Counted from the first letter of the stretch, positions 1 to 10,278 are shown. The stretch is DNA of 51,260 nucleotides from a candidate division FCPU426 bacterium (GCA_040389285.1 JAZKAF010000070.1:1-51260), one strand, 5' to 3'. The notes: a model not told the origin generated them from the sequence alone. A program made the numbers and translations.

Positions 1-547
1 TGGGATTGATGACCGCGAGGGCGTCGGGAAGGACCGGTCCAGGAAGGTGATGGTCTGTGACAATGAGGTCCAACCCCATCTCACGTGCCGCCTTAGCCTC
101 TTCAACGGCATTGATCCCGCAGTCGACCGTGATCACCAACGTGGCGCCGGCTTGGCGCAGGGCCCGAAAAGCCACGACGTTGGGTCCGTAGCCTTCCTTC
201 AGCCTGTCCGGGATATAAAATTCCACGGTGCCGCCCAAAAGGCGGAACAGCTTGACCAGGAGCGCGCTCGAAGTGACGCCATCCACGTCATAGTCACCGA
301 ATATCACGATCCGCTCACGGTTGCGGATAGCCAGGGAAGCCCGCTCCACAGCGACCCGCATCCCGTCCAGGCTCCAAGGATCGTGGCAACGTGACAACGA
401 GGTATCGAGAAAGGCCATCGCCGCTTCCGCCGACCGGTACCCGCGCGCGCTCAATACCCTGCCCAGGATGGGCGGCAGTTCCATCGCGGCGGAAAGGGCG
501 CTAGCTGCGGCGGCGTCCTGCTCCCTGATCTTCCAGCGCCTAAGCAT
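1..547 (-). CDS. recJ: single-stranded-DNA-specific exonuclease RecJ, N-terminal part (3' end lies beyond the left edge)
   Basis: Hand translation of the minus strand from ATG 547-545 gives MLRRWKIREQDAAAASALSAAMELPPILGRVLSARGYRSAEAAMAFLDTSLSRCHDPWSLDGMRVAVERASLAIRNRERIVIFGDYDVDGVTSSALLVKLFRLLGGTVEFYIPDRLKEGYGPN...LVITVDCGINAVEEAKAAREMGLDLIVTDHHLP...AVINP. This carries the DHH-family motifs (DYDVDG, DCG, DHH) in RecJ order. It is absent from the ORF track because no stop lies inside the window. The start overlaps the ftsY 3' end by 8 nt. Confidence 0.8.
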   Translation of the reverse strand, partial: MLRRWKIREQDAAAASALSAAMELPPILGRVLSARGYRSAEAAMAFLDTSLSRCHDPWSLDGMRVAVERASLAIRNRERIVIFGDYDVDGVTSSALLVKLFRLLGGTVEFYIPDRLKEGYGPNVVAFRALRQAGATLVITVDCGINAVEEAKAAREMGLDLIVTDHHLPGPVLPDALAVINP

Positions 548-1445
548 CGCCCAACATCGCATCGACGAACGACGCGGGATCAAAGACCTGAAGGTCCTCA
601 ACCGTTTCTCCGACCCCGATCATTTCCACGGGGATCTTCAGTTCGTCGATCACCGACAGCACCGCCCCTGCTTTCGCGGTCCCATCGAGTTTGGTGATGA
701 CGAGCCCTGTCAACGGCACGGCTTCGTGGAAGAGCTTCGCCTGAGAGAGCATGTTGCGGCCCGCCGTGCCATCCAGCACTAGCAAGACCCGGTGGGGCGC
801 GCCTGGCATCGCCCGCCCGCAGACGCGGTGGATCTTCCTGAGCTCCTCCATCAAGTTCGTCTTCGTCTGCAGTCGACCAGCGGTATCGATCAGCAACCTG
901 TCGTGGCCGCCTGCCCGGGCCTTCGCCACGGCATCGAAGGCGACAGCTGCGGGATCGGTGCCGGGCGCCTGGGAGATGAAATCCGCCCCAGCGCGCTCTG
1001 ACCAAAGCCGTAATTGCTCCACCGCAGCGGCTCGAAAGGTGTCGGCTCCGGCTAAAAGGATCTTTTCAGATTGCTTGGACCAGAGCGCCGCGAGTTTTCC
1101 GCAGGTGGTGGTCTTACCGCTGCCGTTCACCCCCAGAACCAGGATCACCTCGGGGTGTGCGGCCGCCTGTTGCAGCAACCCCGCCCCGCTGGAACCCGCC
1201 CCTTGGGCAAGTTCCAGCATCGCCTGCCGTAGGCCTTCCCGAGCGACCGAAAGATCGGAACCTTTCAACTTGGCGAGAAGCCGTTGGGTCAGCTCGGGCC
1301 CAAGATCCGCGCCGAGCAGCGCGGCCTCGAGGGCTTGCGCGTCCGCGCCATCCAGCTTCCCCGGCTTCAAAACAGCGGCCAGACCCGTTGCCAAGGTCTG
1401 GCGTGTTTTGGCTAGTCCGGCTTTTAGACGGTCAAAAAAACCCAT
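540..1445 (-). CDS. ftsY: signal recognition particle receptor FtsY (short NG-domain form)
   Basis: SRP-GTPase motifs are present: GVNGSGKTTT, DTAGR, TKLDGTAKAG. The first 103 codons of ORF 540..1754 overlap smc, so I start at ATG 1445 (MGFFDRLKAGLAKTRQ, a typical FtsY N-terminus). Confidence 0.9.
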   Translation of the reverse strand: MGFFDRLKAGLAKTRQTLATGLAAVLKPGKLDGADAQALEAALLGADLGPELTQRLLAKLKGSDLSVAREGLRQAMLELAQGAGSSGAGLLQQAAAHPEVILVLGVNGSGKTTTCGKLAALWSKQSEKILLAGADTFRAAAVEQLRLWSERAGADFISQAPGTDPAAVAFDAVAKARAGGHDRLLIDTAGRLQTKTNLMEELRKIHRVCGRAMPGAPHRVLLVLDGTAGRNMLSQAKLFHEAVPLTGLVITKLDGTAKAGAVLSVIDELKIPVEMIGVGETVEDLQVFDPASFVDAMLGDA

Positions 1446-1454
1446 GTGCCCCAC

Positions 1455-1492
1455 AAAACAAAAAAAGCGGCGCCCCCGTCTGGAGACGCCGC
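1455..1492 (-). terminator. intrinsic terminator or attenuator hairpin downstream of smc
   Basis: The minus-strand RNA reads GCGGCGUCUCC-AGAC-GGGGGCGCCGC, an 11-bp stem with 2 G-U pairs that exist only on this strand, followed by UUUUUUUGUUUU. The T-tract ends about 9 nt before the ftsY ATG. Confidence 0.6.
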
Positions 1493-1510
1493 CTTGAAAG
1501 AAAGCCTGCC

Positions 1511-4500
1511 TTAAGAAGCCACCATAGGACGGTCTTCCTTGAAACGCGCGGATACGATCCGTGATACGCCGGCTTCTTCCATGGTGATACCATAAAGGAT
1601 ATCCGCCTTTTCCATCGTGATCTTGGAGTGGGTGATCACGATGAACTGCGACTTCCCGGAATACTCCGTCAGCAACTTGGTGAAACGGGTGATATTCGCG
1701 TCGTCCAGCGGAGCGTCGATCTCGTCGAGAACGCAAAAAGGCGATGGCTTGCACTCGAAAAGCGCGAACAGGAGCGCGATCGCCGTGAGAGCCTTTTCGC
1801 CGCCGGAAAGCAGGCTGATGGTCTGCTGCCTTTTTCCCGGAGGACGGGCGATGATCTCGATCCCTGCCTCGAGCAAGTCCCCTTCTTCCATCAGCGTGAG
1901 CTTGGCCTCGCCGCCTCCGAACAAAGTGCGGAAGATCCTCTTGAAGTTCTCGTGAACGGCGTCAAAGGTCGCGATAAAACGTTCGCGGCTCTCCTGATTG
2001 ATCTTGGCGCCACGAAGGTCTTCGACCTGGCCCACCAGCAGCGAATGCCTCTGCTCCAGCTCCCGGTATTCCTCAGCGGCGGCCGGATTGACGATGCCCA
2101 ACTCTTCCAGTTTTTCCTTCAGCTCGCCGAGGCGCTGCTGGGAAAGCTCCTCCTCCGGAGCGTCCAAGCTGATCTCTTCCTGGGCGCCGTCACCCATCTC
2201 GATCCGAAACTCGGTGAAGAGGCTCTGTTGCACCTGTCCGAGCTTCAACTTCAGCTCCTGGGAGGCCATCTCCTGGGTATGCTTGGACTCGGATTTATCC
2301 GCCAATTCATTGCGAAGTTCCCTGAGCTCTTTTTCCAGGGTCAAAAGCTCGCCCTGGTGCCCTTGGCGGACCTCAGCAGCCTTGGTCACACCGACCTTGG
2401 CCTCCTCCCTGCGGGCGAACGTCGCCTTTAACTGCTGTTCCAGCGTTTCGTTCCGCTGGGCCAGATTCTTTTGCTCATTCTCAGCCTGCCTGCTCTCCGC
2501 CTCATGGCGGGCAGCCTGCTGACCGGCCGAGGTGAATTCAGATTCCAGCCGCGATACCGTTGATTGAAGATGGTCGGACCGCTGGATCAGCGAAGCCTCG
2601 CGCACGCGGATGTCAGCGACCAGAGCCTGGTGCCGTTCTTCTTCCGCGCGCAAGGCGTCGGTCTGTCCGAGGGAAAGGTCCAGCGCCTCCTTCAACGTCG
2701 ATTCTTCACGCATCATATCCGCGAGCTGCCGCTCCAGAGATTCGGACCGGGCCCGATAGCCGGCCGCCTCGACATCGGCCGCCTCCATCGAACGGCGTTT
2801 TTCTTCCGACTCCCTGGCAAGGCGCGACTGGTCCTCCTGCTTGGAGGAATGTTCTTTCTGCAATTGGGCGATCTCGATCTGGACGTCCTGCAGGCTGGCC
2901 GAATGTTTTTGTATTTCCGTGGATAGCCCGCTCAGCTCCGATCGAAGGCCGTCGCGTTCCGACAGACGTTCCGCCAATTGACGTTCGCCGTGCTCGATCT
3001 TCCGACGCAGATCCTCTGTCTCCCTTTCCCGTCCGAGAATGCCCCGTTCCGAGGTCTCGGTGGAGCCTCCCGAGATCAAGCCTTCGGCGGAAACGATCAT
3101 CCCCTCAAGGGTCACAGCGGAACAGGCTTCTGGCAACCTCAGCCGGATATTCAGGGCTGTTTCGAGGTCACGGACCAGGAGCAACCGCCCTCCCAGCCAC
3201 CTCAAGGCCGGCTTTAAAACTTCGTCGGCCTGCAGCCGATCCGACAAAACTCCGATCACGCCATCCGTCGTCAACAGGTCCGCGGGGAACACGGACCCCG
3301 GGACCCTTGCGTCCGAGGCGACCATGAAAGACGCTCTTCCCTGCTTATTGTCCTTCAGCCATCGCAATGCCTTGAGGCCATCATCGACACTCCCACAGAG
3401 CAGCGTCTGCAGGCTGTGCCCTAAACCCAATTCAACGGCCAATTCATATTGAGGATCGGTGCGGACCCTGTGGGCCAAGCTCTCGACCCCAGGAAAATCC
3501 GCGAGGCCCTGTCCGCTCTGGAGCAGCAACGCCTTCGGTCCGGCCTCGTAACCTTCCAAAGCCTTTGTCAATTCCTCCAGGACCGCCAAGCGGCTCTTCT
3601 CGGAGCTCAACACCATCTGGGCAGCCGAATACGCCTCCTCAGCCAGCCGCAGGGCCTCTTCCAGGTCAAGGCGACGCCGCGTCCGGTCCCTGAGAGAATC
3701 CTCAAGATTCCTGACTTCCTCTTTCTTACCGCCCACCCGTTGAAAGGCTTCCTGCAGCATCTGCCCCGCCTGGTGCAACATCGACTGGGAAGCGTCCAGT
3801 TCTCCGAGCAACTGCCGCATACGGCTTTCGATCTGCGCGGTCCGTCCGTGGAAAGATTCGATCTCGGCTTTGACGCCGGAGCGGCTGTTCATCAGCTCCA
3901 AACTGCGTTGCTGCAGGGTCTGGGCCTCATCGGACCCCGCGCGCCGGCGCTGCGAAAGCGAACGGAGCATCGCCTCGGCCTCGCTGATGCCTGATTTCAG
4001 GGCCTGAAGGGCTTTGGCTTCGGATTCGCGTTCCTCGCGAGCGACCCGCAGTTCCTCTTCCAAAATGCCGCGGCGTGAGCCGGCGGCGGCGGCCTCGGCA
4101 AGAGCCCGGTCTTTGCGTTCGCCCTGATAGATGATCTGGCTGCGGTTGATCTCCACCTGCTTGTCGATCTGGGCGGCCTCTGATTCGATCGCGTGGACGC
4201 CCTGGGTCGCGGCCGACAAGGAGGCTTCGTCTTCGATCAGGGATAGCTGGATCCCGGATATCGCCGCGTCCTTTTCCTTGATCGCCGCCTCAAGAGACTG
4301 GGCGGCGTCACGCAACCCCTCCAGTTCCCGCGCCATCGCCGCCAACGCGGTCCGATTTTTTTTGAATTCCCGCACCAAAAAACGGCTCTGCAGCCCGTCG
4401 AGCTCCGTCTTCAGGATCTGGAATTTTTCGGCTTTCTTCGCCTGCCGTTCCAGCGAATTGATCTGGCGCTTCACCTCTTGCACGATGTCATTCACCCGCA

Positions 4501-5065
4501 GCAGGTTCTGCTCGGTGGAGTCCAGCTTCCGGAGCGCCTCGTCACGCTGGGCCTTGTAGGTCGTGATGCCTGCCGCTTCCTCGAAGACCGAACGACGGTC
4601 CATGGGCTTGGAGGAAAGGATCAAGTCCATCTTTCCCTGCTCGAGCAGGGAGTAGCCGTCGGTGCCCACCCCGGTATCGGAGAACAGCCGCGTGATGTCC
4701 TTCAAGCGGCTCGGAGCCTTATTGATGAGGTATTCATTTTCGCCCGACCGATAGGCCCGGCGCGTGACCGTCACCTCGGAAAAATCGATCGGAAGCTTGC
4801 GGTCCTCATTGGAAAGGGTCAGGGAGACCTCAGCCATGCCGGAGGGCTTGCGCGAATCGGTCCCATTGAAGATGACATCGGCCATTTTGGAACCGCGCAA
4901 AGCCTTCGCTGACTGCTCGCCCAGCACCCAACGGATGGAATCCGAGATGTTGCTCTTGCCGCATCCGTTGGGCCCGACGATCGCCGAGATCCCGGGCTCA
5001 AAGCTGAGCAGAGTCGGGTCCACAAAGGACTTGAACCCCTGAAATTCTATCTTCTTGAGAAGCAC
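1511..5065 (-). CDS. smc: chromosome partition/condensin protein Smc
   Basis: 1184 aa. N-terminal Walker A GPNGCGKSN, long coiled-coil segments around a hinge, C-terminal LSGGEKALTA signature and Walker B CVLDEIDAPLD. GTG start with AAGGAAA 7 nt upstream. Confidence 0.95.
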   Translation of the reverse strand: MLLKKIEFQGFKSFVDPTLLSFEPGISAIVGPNGCGKSNISDSIRWVLGEQSAKALRGSKMADVIFNGTDSRKPSGMAEVSLTLSNEDRKLPIDFSEVTVTRRAYRSGENEYLINKAPSRLKDITRLFSDTGVGTDGYSLLEQGKMDLILSSKPMDRRSVFEEAAGITTYKAQRDEALRKLDSTEQNLLRVNDIVQEVKRQINSLERQAKKAEKFQILKTELDGLQSRFLVREFKKNRTALAAMARELEGLRDAAQSLEAAIKEKDAAISGIQLSLIEDEASLSAATQGVHAIESEAAQIDKQVEINRSQIIYQGERKDRALAEAAAAGSRRGILEEELRVAREERESEAKALQALKSGISEAEAMLRSLSQRRRAGSDEAQTLQQRSLELMNSRSGVKAEIESFHGRTAQIESRMRQLLGELDASQSMLHQAGQMLQEAFQRVGGKKEEVRNLEDSLRDRTRRRLDLEEALRLAEEAYSAAQMVLSSEKSRLAVLEELTKALEGYEAGPKALLLQSGQGLADFPGVESLAHRVRTDPQYELAVELGLGHSLQTLLCGSVDDGLKALRWLKDNKQGRASFMVASDARVPGSVFPADLLTTDGVIGVLSDRLQADEVLKPALRWLGGRLLLVRDLETALNIRLRLPEACSAVTLEGMIVSAEGLISGGSTETSERGILGRERETEDLRRKIEHGERQLAERLSERDGLRSELSGLSTEIQKHSASLQDVQIEIAQLQKEHSSKQEDQSRLARESEEKRRSMEAADVEAAGYRARSESLERQLADMMREESTLKEALDLSLGQTDALRAEEERHQALVADIRVREASLIQRSDHLQSTVSRLESEFTSAGQQAARHEAESRQAENEQKNLAQRNETLEQQLKATFARREEAKVGVTKAAEVRQGHQGELLTLEKELRELRNELADKSESKHTQEMASQELKLKLGQVQQSLFTEFRIEMGDGAQEEISLDAPEEELSQQRLGELKEKLEELGIVNPAAAEEYRELEQRHSLLVGQVEDLRGAKINQESRERFIATFDAVHENFKRIFRTLFGGGEAKLTLMEEGDLLEAGIEIIARPPGKRQQTISLLSGGEKALTAIALLFALFECKPSPFCVLDEIDAPLDDANITRFTKLLTEYSGKSQFIVITHSKITMEKADILYGITMEEAGVSRIVSARFKEDRPMVAS

Positions 5066-5094
5066 GCGGATTTCCTTGGATGAAGACTAAAAAT

Positions 5095-6543
5095 TTAAAA
5101 AGCGCTGAGCGAAAGCAGGGGCGCCGGGAACAGGCCCCAAGCCAATATCAAGCCGACACAGGCCAAGAGCACGGCGCCCGTCAGGCCGCCAAACGCGGGA
5201 GACGCCTGGGTTTCCGTTCTGGGGGCCATATAGAGCGCCACCAGCACGCGCAAATAATAGGCCGCCGAGATCACGCTGTTGAGCACGGCCAAGACCAGCA
5301 AGGTGGAACGTCCACCCTCCAAGGCCGATTTGAACACGTTCAGTTTCGCGACAAAACCTGCCGTCGGCGGTATCCCCGCCATCGCGAACATCGTGACCGC
5401 CAGACAGAACCCAAAAAACGGCCTTTGAAAACCAAGGCCTTGGATCTCTTTGAAGGTCACCGGCGAACCCGATTCTTCGAGCATTAAAAGCAGCGAGAAC
5501 GCGGCGAAATTCATGACCGCATAGACCAGCACATAGTTCAAAACGGCTCCCGGCGCCGAGGGAGCCCCGCCGGCCAACGCCACCAGCGCGTATCCGCTGT
5601 GCGCCACGCTGGAGTAGGCCAAAAGGCGCTTGATCCCCTGCTGCCGGAGGGCGCCAAGATTCGCCAGGGTCATCGTGGCCACCGCGAGCCAGCCTAACAT
5701 GGTCACAGCGGCGGGATGGGAAAAAGGAAAATAAAGTGACATCTGCGCCATCATGGCGAATCCGGCGACCTTCGCCCCCGCCGATAAAAAGGCGGTCACC
5801 GGAGTCGGTGCGCCTTCGTAGGTGTCGGGCGCCCAAAGGTGGAAAGGAGCCAGGCCGACCTTGAATCCCAGTCCCACCAACAACATGCCCAACGCGGCCA
5901 TCAGCATCCGCCTCCTGGGATCGTCGGAAGCCAGATTCTTCAGCAATTCCGGCAAGGTCTCCAAGGAAACGGATCCGGTGACGCCGTAAAAAATGGCGAT
6001 CCCAAAAAGGAAAAAGGCGGCCGCGAAAGCGCCGATCAAAAAATACTTCAAGGCGGCTTCACGGTTCGCGCGGTCCCGGCGGTTGAATCCGGCCAAAACA
6101 TACATGGCGAGCGAAAATGTCTCCAGCACGACAAAAGCGACGATCAGATTTGCCGACGCCACGAAAACCATCATCGCGGCGATGGCAAAAAGCAAAAGCG
6201 CGTAATATTCCGCGTGGACAAGGCCCAACCGCGTGGCGGGCCGCCGGCTGAGGGCGATCGTCAGAGCGCCTATGACAAGCAACACCAGACGGGCTGCCTG
6301 CGCGAGCCGTCCGCCCAACAACATGCCAGGGAATGCCGGCGACAAAGCGCTATTCCAATCCCTCAGCAACAGAGCCAACGCCAAGCCCAATGCCAACATC
6401 GAAGACCAGGCAACAACGCCCTTTTCTTTGTCGGCCCGCAAGGGAATGTCTACGGCCAGCACGAAAAATGCGCCCAAGAGGACCGTGATCTCTGGCCAGA
6501 GGTTCTGAAGGCTCGCAAGGGTGACGATAGGGTTGTTTAACAT
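5095..6543 (-). CDS. nuoN: NADH-quinone oxidoreductase subunit N
   Basis: Polytopic antiporter-like subunit (LAPFHLWAPDTYEGAPTPVTAF). The start is trimmed to ATG 6543 (MLNNPIV...) because the ORF-track start at 6606 overlaps nuoM. Confidence 0.9.
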   Translation of the reverse strand: MLNNPIVTLASLQNLWPEITVLLGAFFVLAVDIPLRADKEKGVVAWSSMLALGLALALLLRDWNSALSPAFPGMLLGGRLAQAARLVLLVIGALTIALSRRPATRLGLVHAEYYALLLFAIAAMMVFVASANLIVAFVVLETFSLAMYVLAGFNRRDRANREAALKYFLIGAFAAAFFLFGIAIFYGVTGSVSLETLPELLKNLASDDPRRRMLMAALGMLLVGLGFKVGLAPFHLWAPDTYEGAPTPVTAFLSAGAKVAGFAMMAQMSLYFPFSHPAAVTMLGWLAVATMTLANLGALRQQGIKRLLAYSSVAHSGYALVALAGGAPSAPGAVLNYVLVYAVMNFAAFSLLLMLEESGSPVTFKEIQGLGFQRPFFGFCLAVTMFAMAGIPPTAGFVAKLNVFKSALEGGRSTLLVLAVLNSVISAAYYLRVLVALYMAPRTETQASPAFGGLTGAVLLACVGLILAWGLFPAPLLSLSAF

Positions 6544-6544
6544 C

Positions 6545-8035
6545 TCATATCCCAGAAGGGCCGCTGCGCAAAAGGTCCAACAACCCGGCGTTGACAGCCG
6601 CTTCACTTGAGTTCAAGACCAGTCCAGGAAAAACACCCAGCACAAAGATCAGGATCACCATGGCGCCCAGCGTGACGATCTCCCTGGGGCGAAGGTCAGT
6701 CAGCTCCTCCATCTTATGGGAGGCCAGAGGTCCGTACATCACCTTTTGAGTCAGGCGGAGCATGTAGGCCGCGCCCAGGACTAGCGCCGTCGCGGCGAAG
6801 GCTCCAGTCCAGGGATTGAAGCGGAATACACCCCGCAGCACGAGCAACTCATTGACGAAGCCATTGGTTCCGGGCACGCCCATGGACGAAAGGGCCACGG
6901 GGAGGAAAAGCAAGCCCAGCACCGGCATCTTCAGCACGGCCCCACCATAGAGCGAAAGGTCGCGGGTGTGGATCCGCTCGTAAAAAATGCCGACGATCAA
7001 GAACAACGCGCCAGTGGAAATGCCATGGTTGATCATGGTCAAAAGCGCCCCCTGCTGGCCAGGCAGGTTAAGGCTGAAGATCCCGAGCACGCATATCCCC
7101 ATATGCGAGACCGAGGTATAGGCGACCATCTTCTTCAGGTCGCTTTGCACCATCACCATGGCCGCGCCATAGATCACGCTGATGAGCGCGAGGACCATCA
7201 CCGGACGCTGGAATAACACCGCGGCATCGGGAAAGATCGGGACTGCGAACCGCATCAAGCCGTAAGATCCTAATTTAAGCAGCACCCCGGCCAGCAAGAC
7301 CGATCCGGCCGTCGGAGCCTCGACATGGGCGTCCGGCAGCCAGGTGTGCAAGGGGAACAACGGCACTTTGACGGCGAAGGCCAAGAAGAAAGCCACAAAC
7401 AGCCAGCTCTGCGCATCGGCGGAAAGGCTCAAGCTTTTCCATGTGCTAAGGGAAAAGCTGAACGCCTGGGTCTGTTCTTTGGCGATAAAAGCCAGCTTCA
7501 GCATGGCGAGCAGCATCAACAAAGATCCGCCCAGGGTATAAAGGACGAATTTCAACGTCGCGTAAACCCGCCGTTCCCCGCCCCAGACGCCCACCAGAAA
7601 ATACATCGGGATCAGCGATGCTTCCCAGAACAGGTAGAAGAGGAAACCGTCCAGAGAAAGAAAGACCCCATAGACCGCCGTCTGCAGCATCAGGATAAGA
7701 AAATGGAATTCTTTCACCTTTTCAGTCACCGCATTCCAAGAACAGAGGATCGCGATCGGGGTCAAAACGGCGTTCAGGACCAGCAGGTAGATGCTTATCC
7801 CGTCGACGCCGAGATGATACTTGATGCCCCAGGACGGCAACCAGGCCCTTATCTCCTCGAATTGCATGCCGGCCTTGCCGCCTTCGAAACGCGTCAGAAG
7901 GAACGCCGCGAGCGCCAAGTTCAAAAACGACGCCGCAAGCGACGCCCAGCGAAGGCCCTTCCCGTCGCCTCGTGGCATAGCCAAAATGCCCAGGCCGAAG
8001 ATCAGAGGTGACCAGGCCAAGAAACTCAGGATCAT
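6545..8035 (-). CDS. nuoM: NADH-quinone oxidoreductase subunit M
   Basis: 496 aa, with the ND4 motif HTWLPDAHVEAPTAGSVLLAGVLLKLG. It sits between nuoL and nuoN. Confidence 0.92.
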   Translation of the reverse strand: MILSFLAWSPLIFGLGILAMPRGDGKGLRWASLAASFLNLALAAFLLTRFEGGKAGMQFEEIRAWLPSWGIKYHLGVDGISIYLLVLNAVLTPIAILCSWNAVTEKVKEFHFLILMLQTAVYGVFLSLDGFLFYLFWEASLIPMYFLVGVWGGERRVYATLKFVLYTLGGSLLMLLAMLKLAFIAKEQTQAFSFSLSTWKSLSLSADAQSWLFVAFFLAFAVKVPLFPLHTWLPDAHVEAPTAGSVLLAGVLLKLGSYGLMRFAVPIFPDAAVLFQRPVMVLALISVIYGAAMVMVQSDLKKMVAYTSVSHMGICVLGIFSLNLPGQQGALLTMINHGISTGALFLIVGIFYERIHTRDLSLYGGAVLKMPVLGLLFLPVALSSMGVPGTNGFVNELLVLRGVFRFNPWTGAFAATALVLGAAYMLRLTQKVMYGPLASHKMEELTDLRPREIVTLGAMVILIFVLGVFPGLVLNSSEAAVNAGLLDLLRSGPSGI

Positions 8036-8036
8036 T

Positions 8037-9956
8037 CTAGAAAGCCCTCAAAACGAGCAACAAAAGGACTGCGGCTCCGAAGACCAAGGCGCCCGCGTAA
8101 ACACGGACGTAACCGTTGGCGAGGCGCCTGCCCAAAAGGTCTCCACCCGCTTTAGCCAAGGAAGCCAAGCCATTCAAGGCCCCGTCGATCACACCAGCTT
8201 CGAAATATCGGTAGACCACCCGCGCCGATCCCAGGAATCCACGGACAAAAACCAGGTCATAAAGCTCATCGATATAGTATTTATTCCATAGGATCTTGTG
8301 CACATAACGGAACGCACCTGCGACCCTTCCCGGGGTCTCTGATGGCCGGGCGAACCACGCCCAACCAAGTCCGATAAATGAGAAGGCGATGACCGTGTAT
8401 AACCCCATCAAGGGAAGCGGATCGACCGTTGCTTCGACCTTCGAGGCGCCCAGATCTGAGAAAACAGGCTCCAACCATGTTTCAAAGGGCGCCCAATGGG
8501 TGAGGAAATGCGGTAAACCCAGCAGGCCAACTGCGAGCGACAGCACGGCAAGGATGACTAAAGGAATGGCCATCGCGGGCGCGCTCTCGTGGGCATGTTC
8601 CCAAATATGGTGATCCCTGGGTTCCCCGTGAAAAGTTTTGAAGAAAAGCCGGGACACATAAAAGGCGGTGCACATCGAAGCGAGGACTCCTAGGAACCAC
8701 AAGGCGCCTGATCCGTGCGGGGACACCAAGGCCTGGTAGAGGATCTCGTCCTTCGAAAAGAACCCGGAGGTCAGGGGGAAACCGATGAGGCATAACGAGC
8801 CGATCAAAAACGTCCAGTAAGTCACCGGCATCTTCGAACGTAGCCCGCCCATCTTCGTGAGGTCCAGCTCGCCATGCAGGGCGTGCATCACCGAACCACA
8901 CCCGAGGAACAACAGCGCCTTGAAAAAAGCATGGGTGAATAGGTGGAAAAATCCGGCCCCATAGGCGCCCACGCCCACACCCATCACCATATATCCCAAC
9001 TGCGACAACGTGGAGTAAGCCATGATCCGCTTGATGTCGTTCTGGACCAGCGCGATGCTGGCCGCGAAAAGCGCCGTCAAGGCGCCCGTCCAAGCCACGA
9101 ACGCCATGGCCACAGGCGAAAGCTCGAACAGCGCATGGCATCGGGCGACCATGAACACGCCCGCCGTCACCATGGTCGCAGCATGGATAAGGGCCGAAAC
9201 CGGGGTGGGGCCTTCCATCGCATCCGGAAGCCAGACATGCAGCGGCAGCTGAGCCGACTTCCCCATGGCTCCCATGAAGAGCAAAAGGGCGATCGCCGTC
9301 GCCATCGAGCTCCCCGCCACGATCTTTGAACCGGGCTGAGCCAGCACCTCGCTGAAGTTGACGCTCCCGAACAGGCCGAGGATCAAGAAAATGGCGAGGA
9401 TGAAGCCGAAATCTCCGACCCGATTGACGATAAAGGCTTTTTTTCCGGCGTCAGCCGCGCTGGTCTTGGAGCGGAAAAATCCGATCAGCAGATAAGAGGA
9501 CAGACCGACCAATTCCCATCCGATGAACAGCACGATAAAATTGGCTGACAGCACCAGGGTGAGCATCGAAAAGATGAAGAAGTTCAGATAGGCGAAGTAG
9601 CGCGCGTATTCCGACGGCGATTCCTCGTGCATGTAGTTGGACGAATAGACGTGGATCAGAGATCCGACTCCGGTCACCACGCCGATCATCACCGCAGAAA
9701 GCGGATCCAGCATCAGATCGAAACGGAAGTTCTCGGCCCCGACTTTCAGCCATTCGAACACCGGGACCACGACATGCCGATGCTCGGGTTCCAAAGCCGC
9801 AAGCCGTAAAAACGACGCGGCGGCGAAGATGAACGCCACTCCGACCGACGCACAGGCCACCAAGGCGACCATGGTCTTACCCAGGCGCGCGCCCCATAGG
9901 CGGATCAACGCCGCGCTGATCAAAGGCAGGAATAAGACTGGATAGAGAGTCGACAT
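8037..9956 (-). CDS. nuoL: NADH-quinone oxidoreductase subunit L
   Basis: 639 aa, with the ND5 motif HVWLPDAMEGPTPVSALIHAATMVTAGVF and a C-terminal extension typical of NuoL. Confidence 0.92.
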   Translation of the reverse strand: MSTLYPVLFLPLISAALIRLWGARLGKTMVALVACASVGVAFIFAAASFLRLAALEPEHRHVVVPVFEWLKVGAENFRFDLMLDPLSAVMIGVVTGVGSLIHVYSSNYMHEESPSEYARYFAYLNFFIFSMLTLVLSANFIVLFIGWELVGLSSYLLIGFFRSKTSAADAGKKAFIVNRVGDFGFILAIFLILGLFGSVNFSEVLAQPGSKIVAGSSMATAIALLLFMGAMGKSAQLPLHVWLPDAMEGPTPVSALIHAATMVTAGVFMVARCHALFELSPVAMAFVAWTGALTALFAASIALVQNDIKRIMAYSTLSQLGYMVMGVGVGAYGAGFFHLFTHAFFKALLFLGCGSVMHALHGELDLTKMGGLRSKMPVTYWTFLIGSLCLIGFPLTSGFFSKDEILYQALVSPHGSGALWFLGVLASMCTAFYVSRLFFKTFHGEPRDHHIWEHAHESAPAMAIPLVILAVLSLAVGLLGLPHFLTHWAPFETWLEPVFSDLGASKVEATVDPLPLMGLYTVIAFSFIGLGWAWFARPSETPGRVAGAFRYVHKILWNKYYIDELYDLVFVRGFLGSARVVYRYFEAGVIDGALNGLASLAKAGGDLLGRRLANGYVRVYAGALVFGAAVLLLLVLRAF

Positions 9957-9969
9957 CAGTTGGTTTCCA

Positions 9970-10272
9970 TCATCCGTGCAGGTTAGAAATGCCGTCCACG
10001 TCCACGTCCTTTTCCGTCCGGAAAATGGCGATGATGATGGCCAGCCCCACTGCCACCTCCGCAGCGGCCACCGCGATCACCAAAAAGACCACAGTTTGCC
10101 CTTCGATCTTCCCGAAATAATCGGACAAGGCGACCAGGGCAAGATTGGCGGCGTTGAACATCATCTCGATGCTGATGAACATCACCAACGGGTCCCGGCG
10201 CATGATGACTCCCATGGCGCCGATGCAAAAGATCAGCGCCGACAGGGTCAAAGTGAGATCGATGTTCATCAT
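9970..10272 (-). CDS. nuoK: NADH-quinone oxidoreductase subunit K
   Basis: 100 aa, 3-TM ND4L-like protein (AAAEVAVGLAIIIAIFR), in the expected operon position. Confidence 0.9.
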   Translation of the reverse strand: MMNIDLTLTLSALIFCIGAMGVIMRRDPLVMFISIEMMFNAANLALVALSDYFGKIEGQTVVFLVIAVAAAEVAVGLAIIIAIFRTEKDVDVDGISNLHG

Positions 10273-10278
10273 GCTCCG

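Noticed and set aside
47-782. Plus-strand ORFs 47..394 and 321..782
   Set aside because: They lie antisense to a clean RecJ reading frame with DHH motifs (and to the ftsY 3' end). Their products are Arg/Ala/Pro-rich and show no recognisable motifs. These are shadow ORFs of GC-rich DNA.
540-1754. Over-extended ORF-track starts: ftsY 1754, nuoN 6606, nuoJ 11028, nuoI 11746, nuoG 14504, nuoE 16317, fabF 20539, fabD 22580, yceD 25296, cimA 38876, rpsT 50406
   Set aside because: The extensions overlap the upstream gene, are Arg/Gly-rich, and precede the conserved N-termini. Downstream starts coincide with ATGA/GTGA stop-start overlaps or with Shine-Dalgarno sequences.
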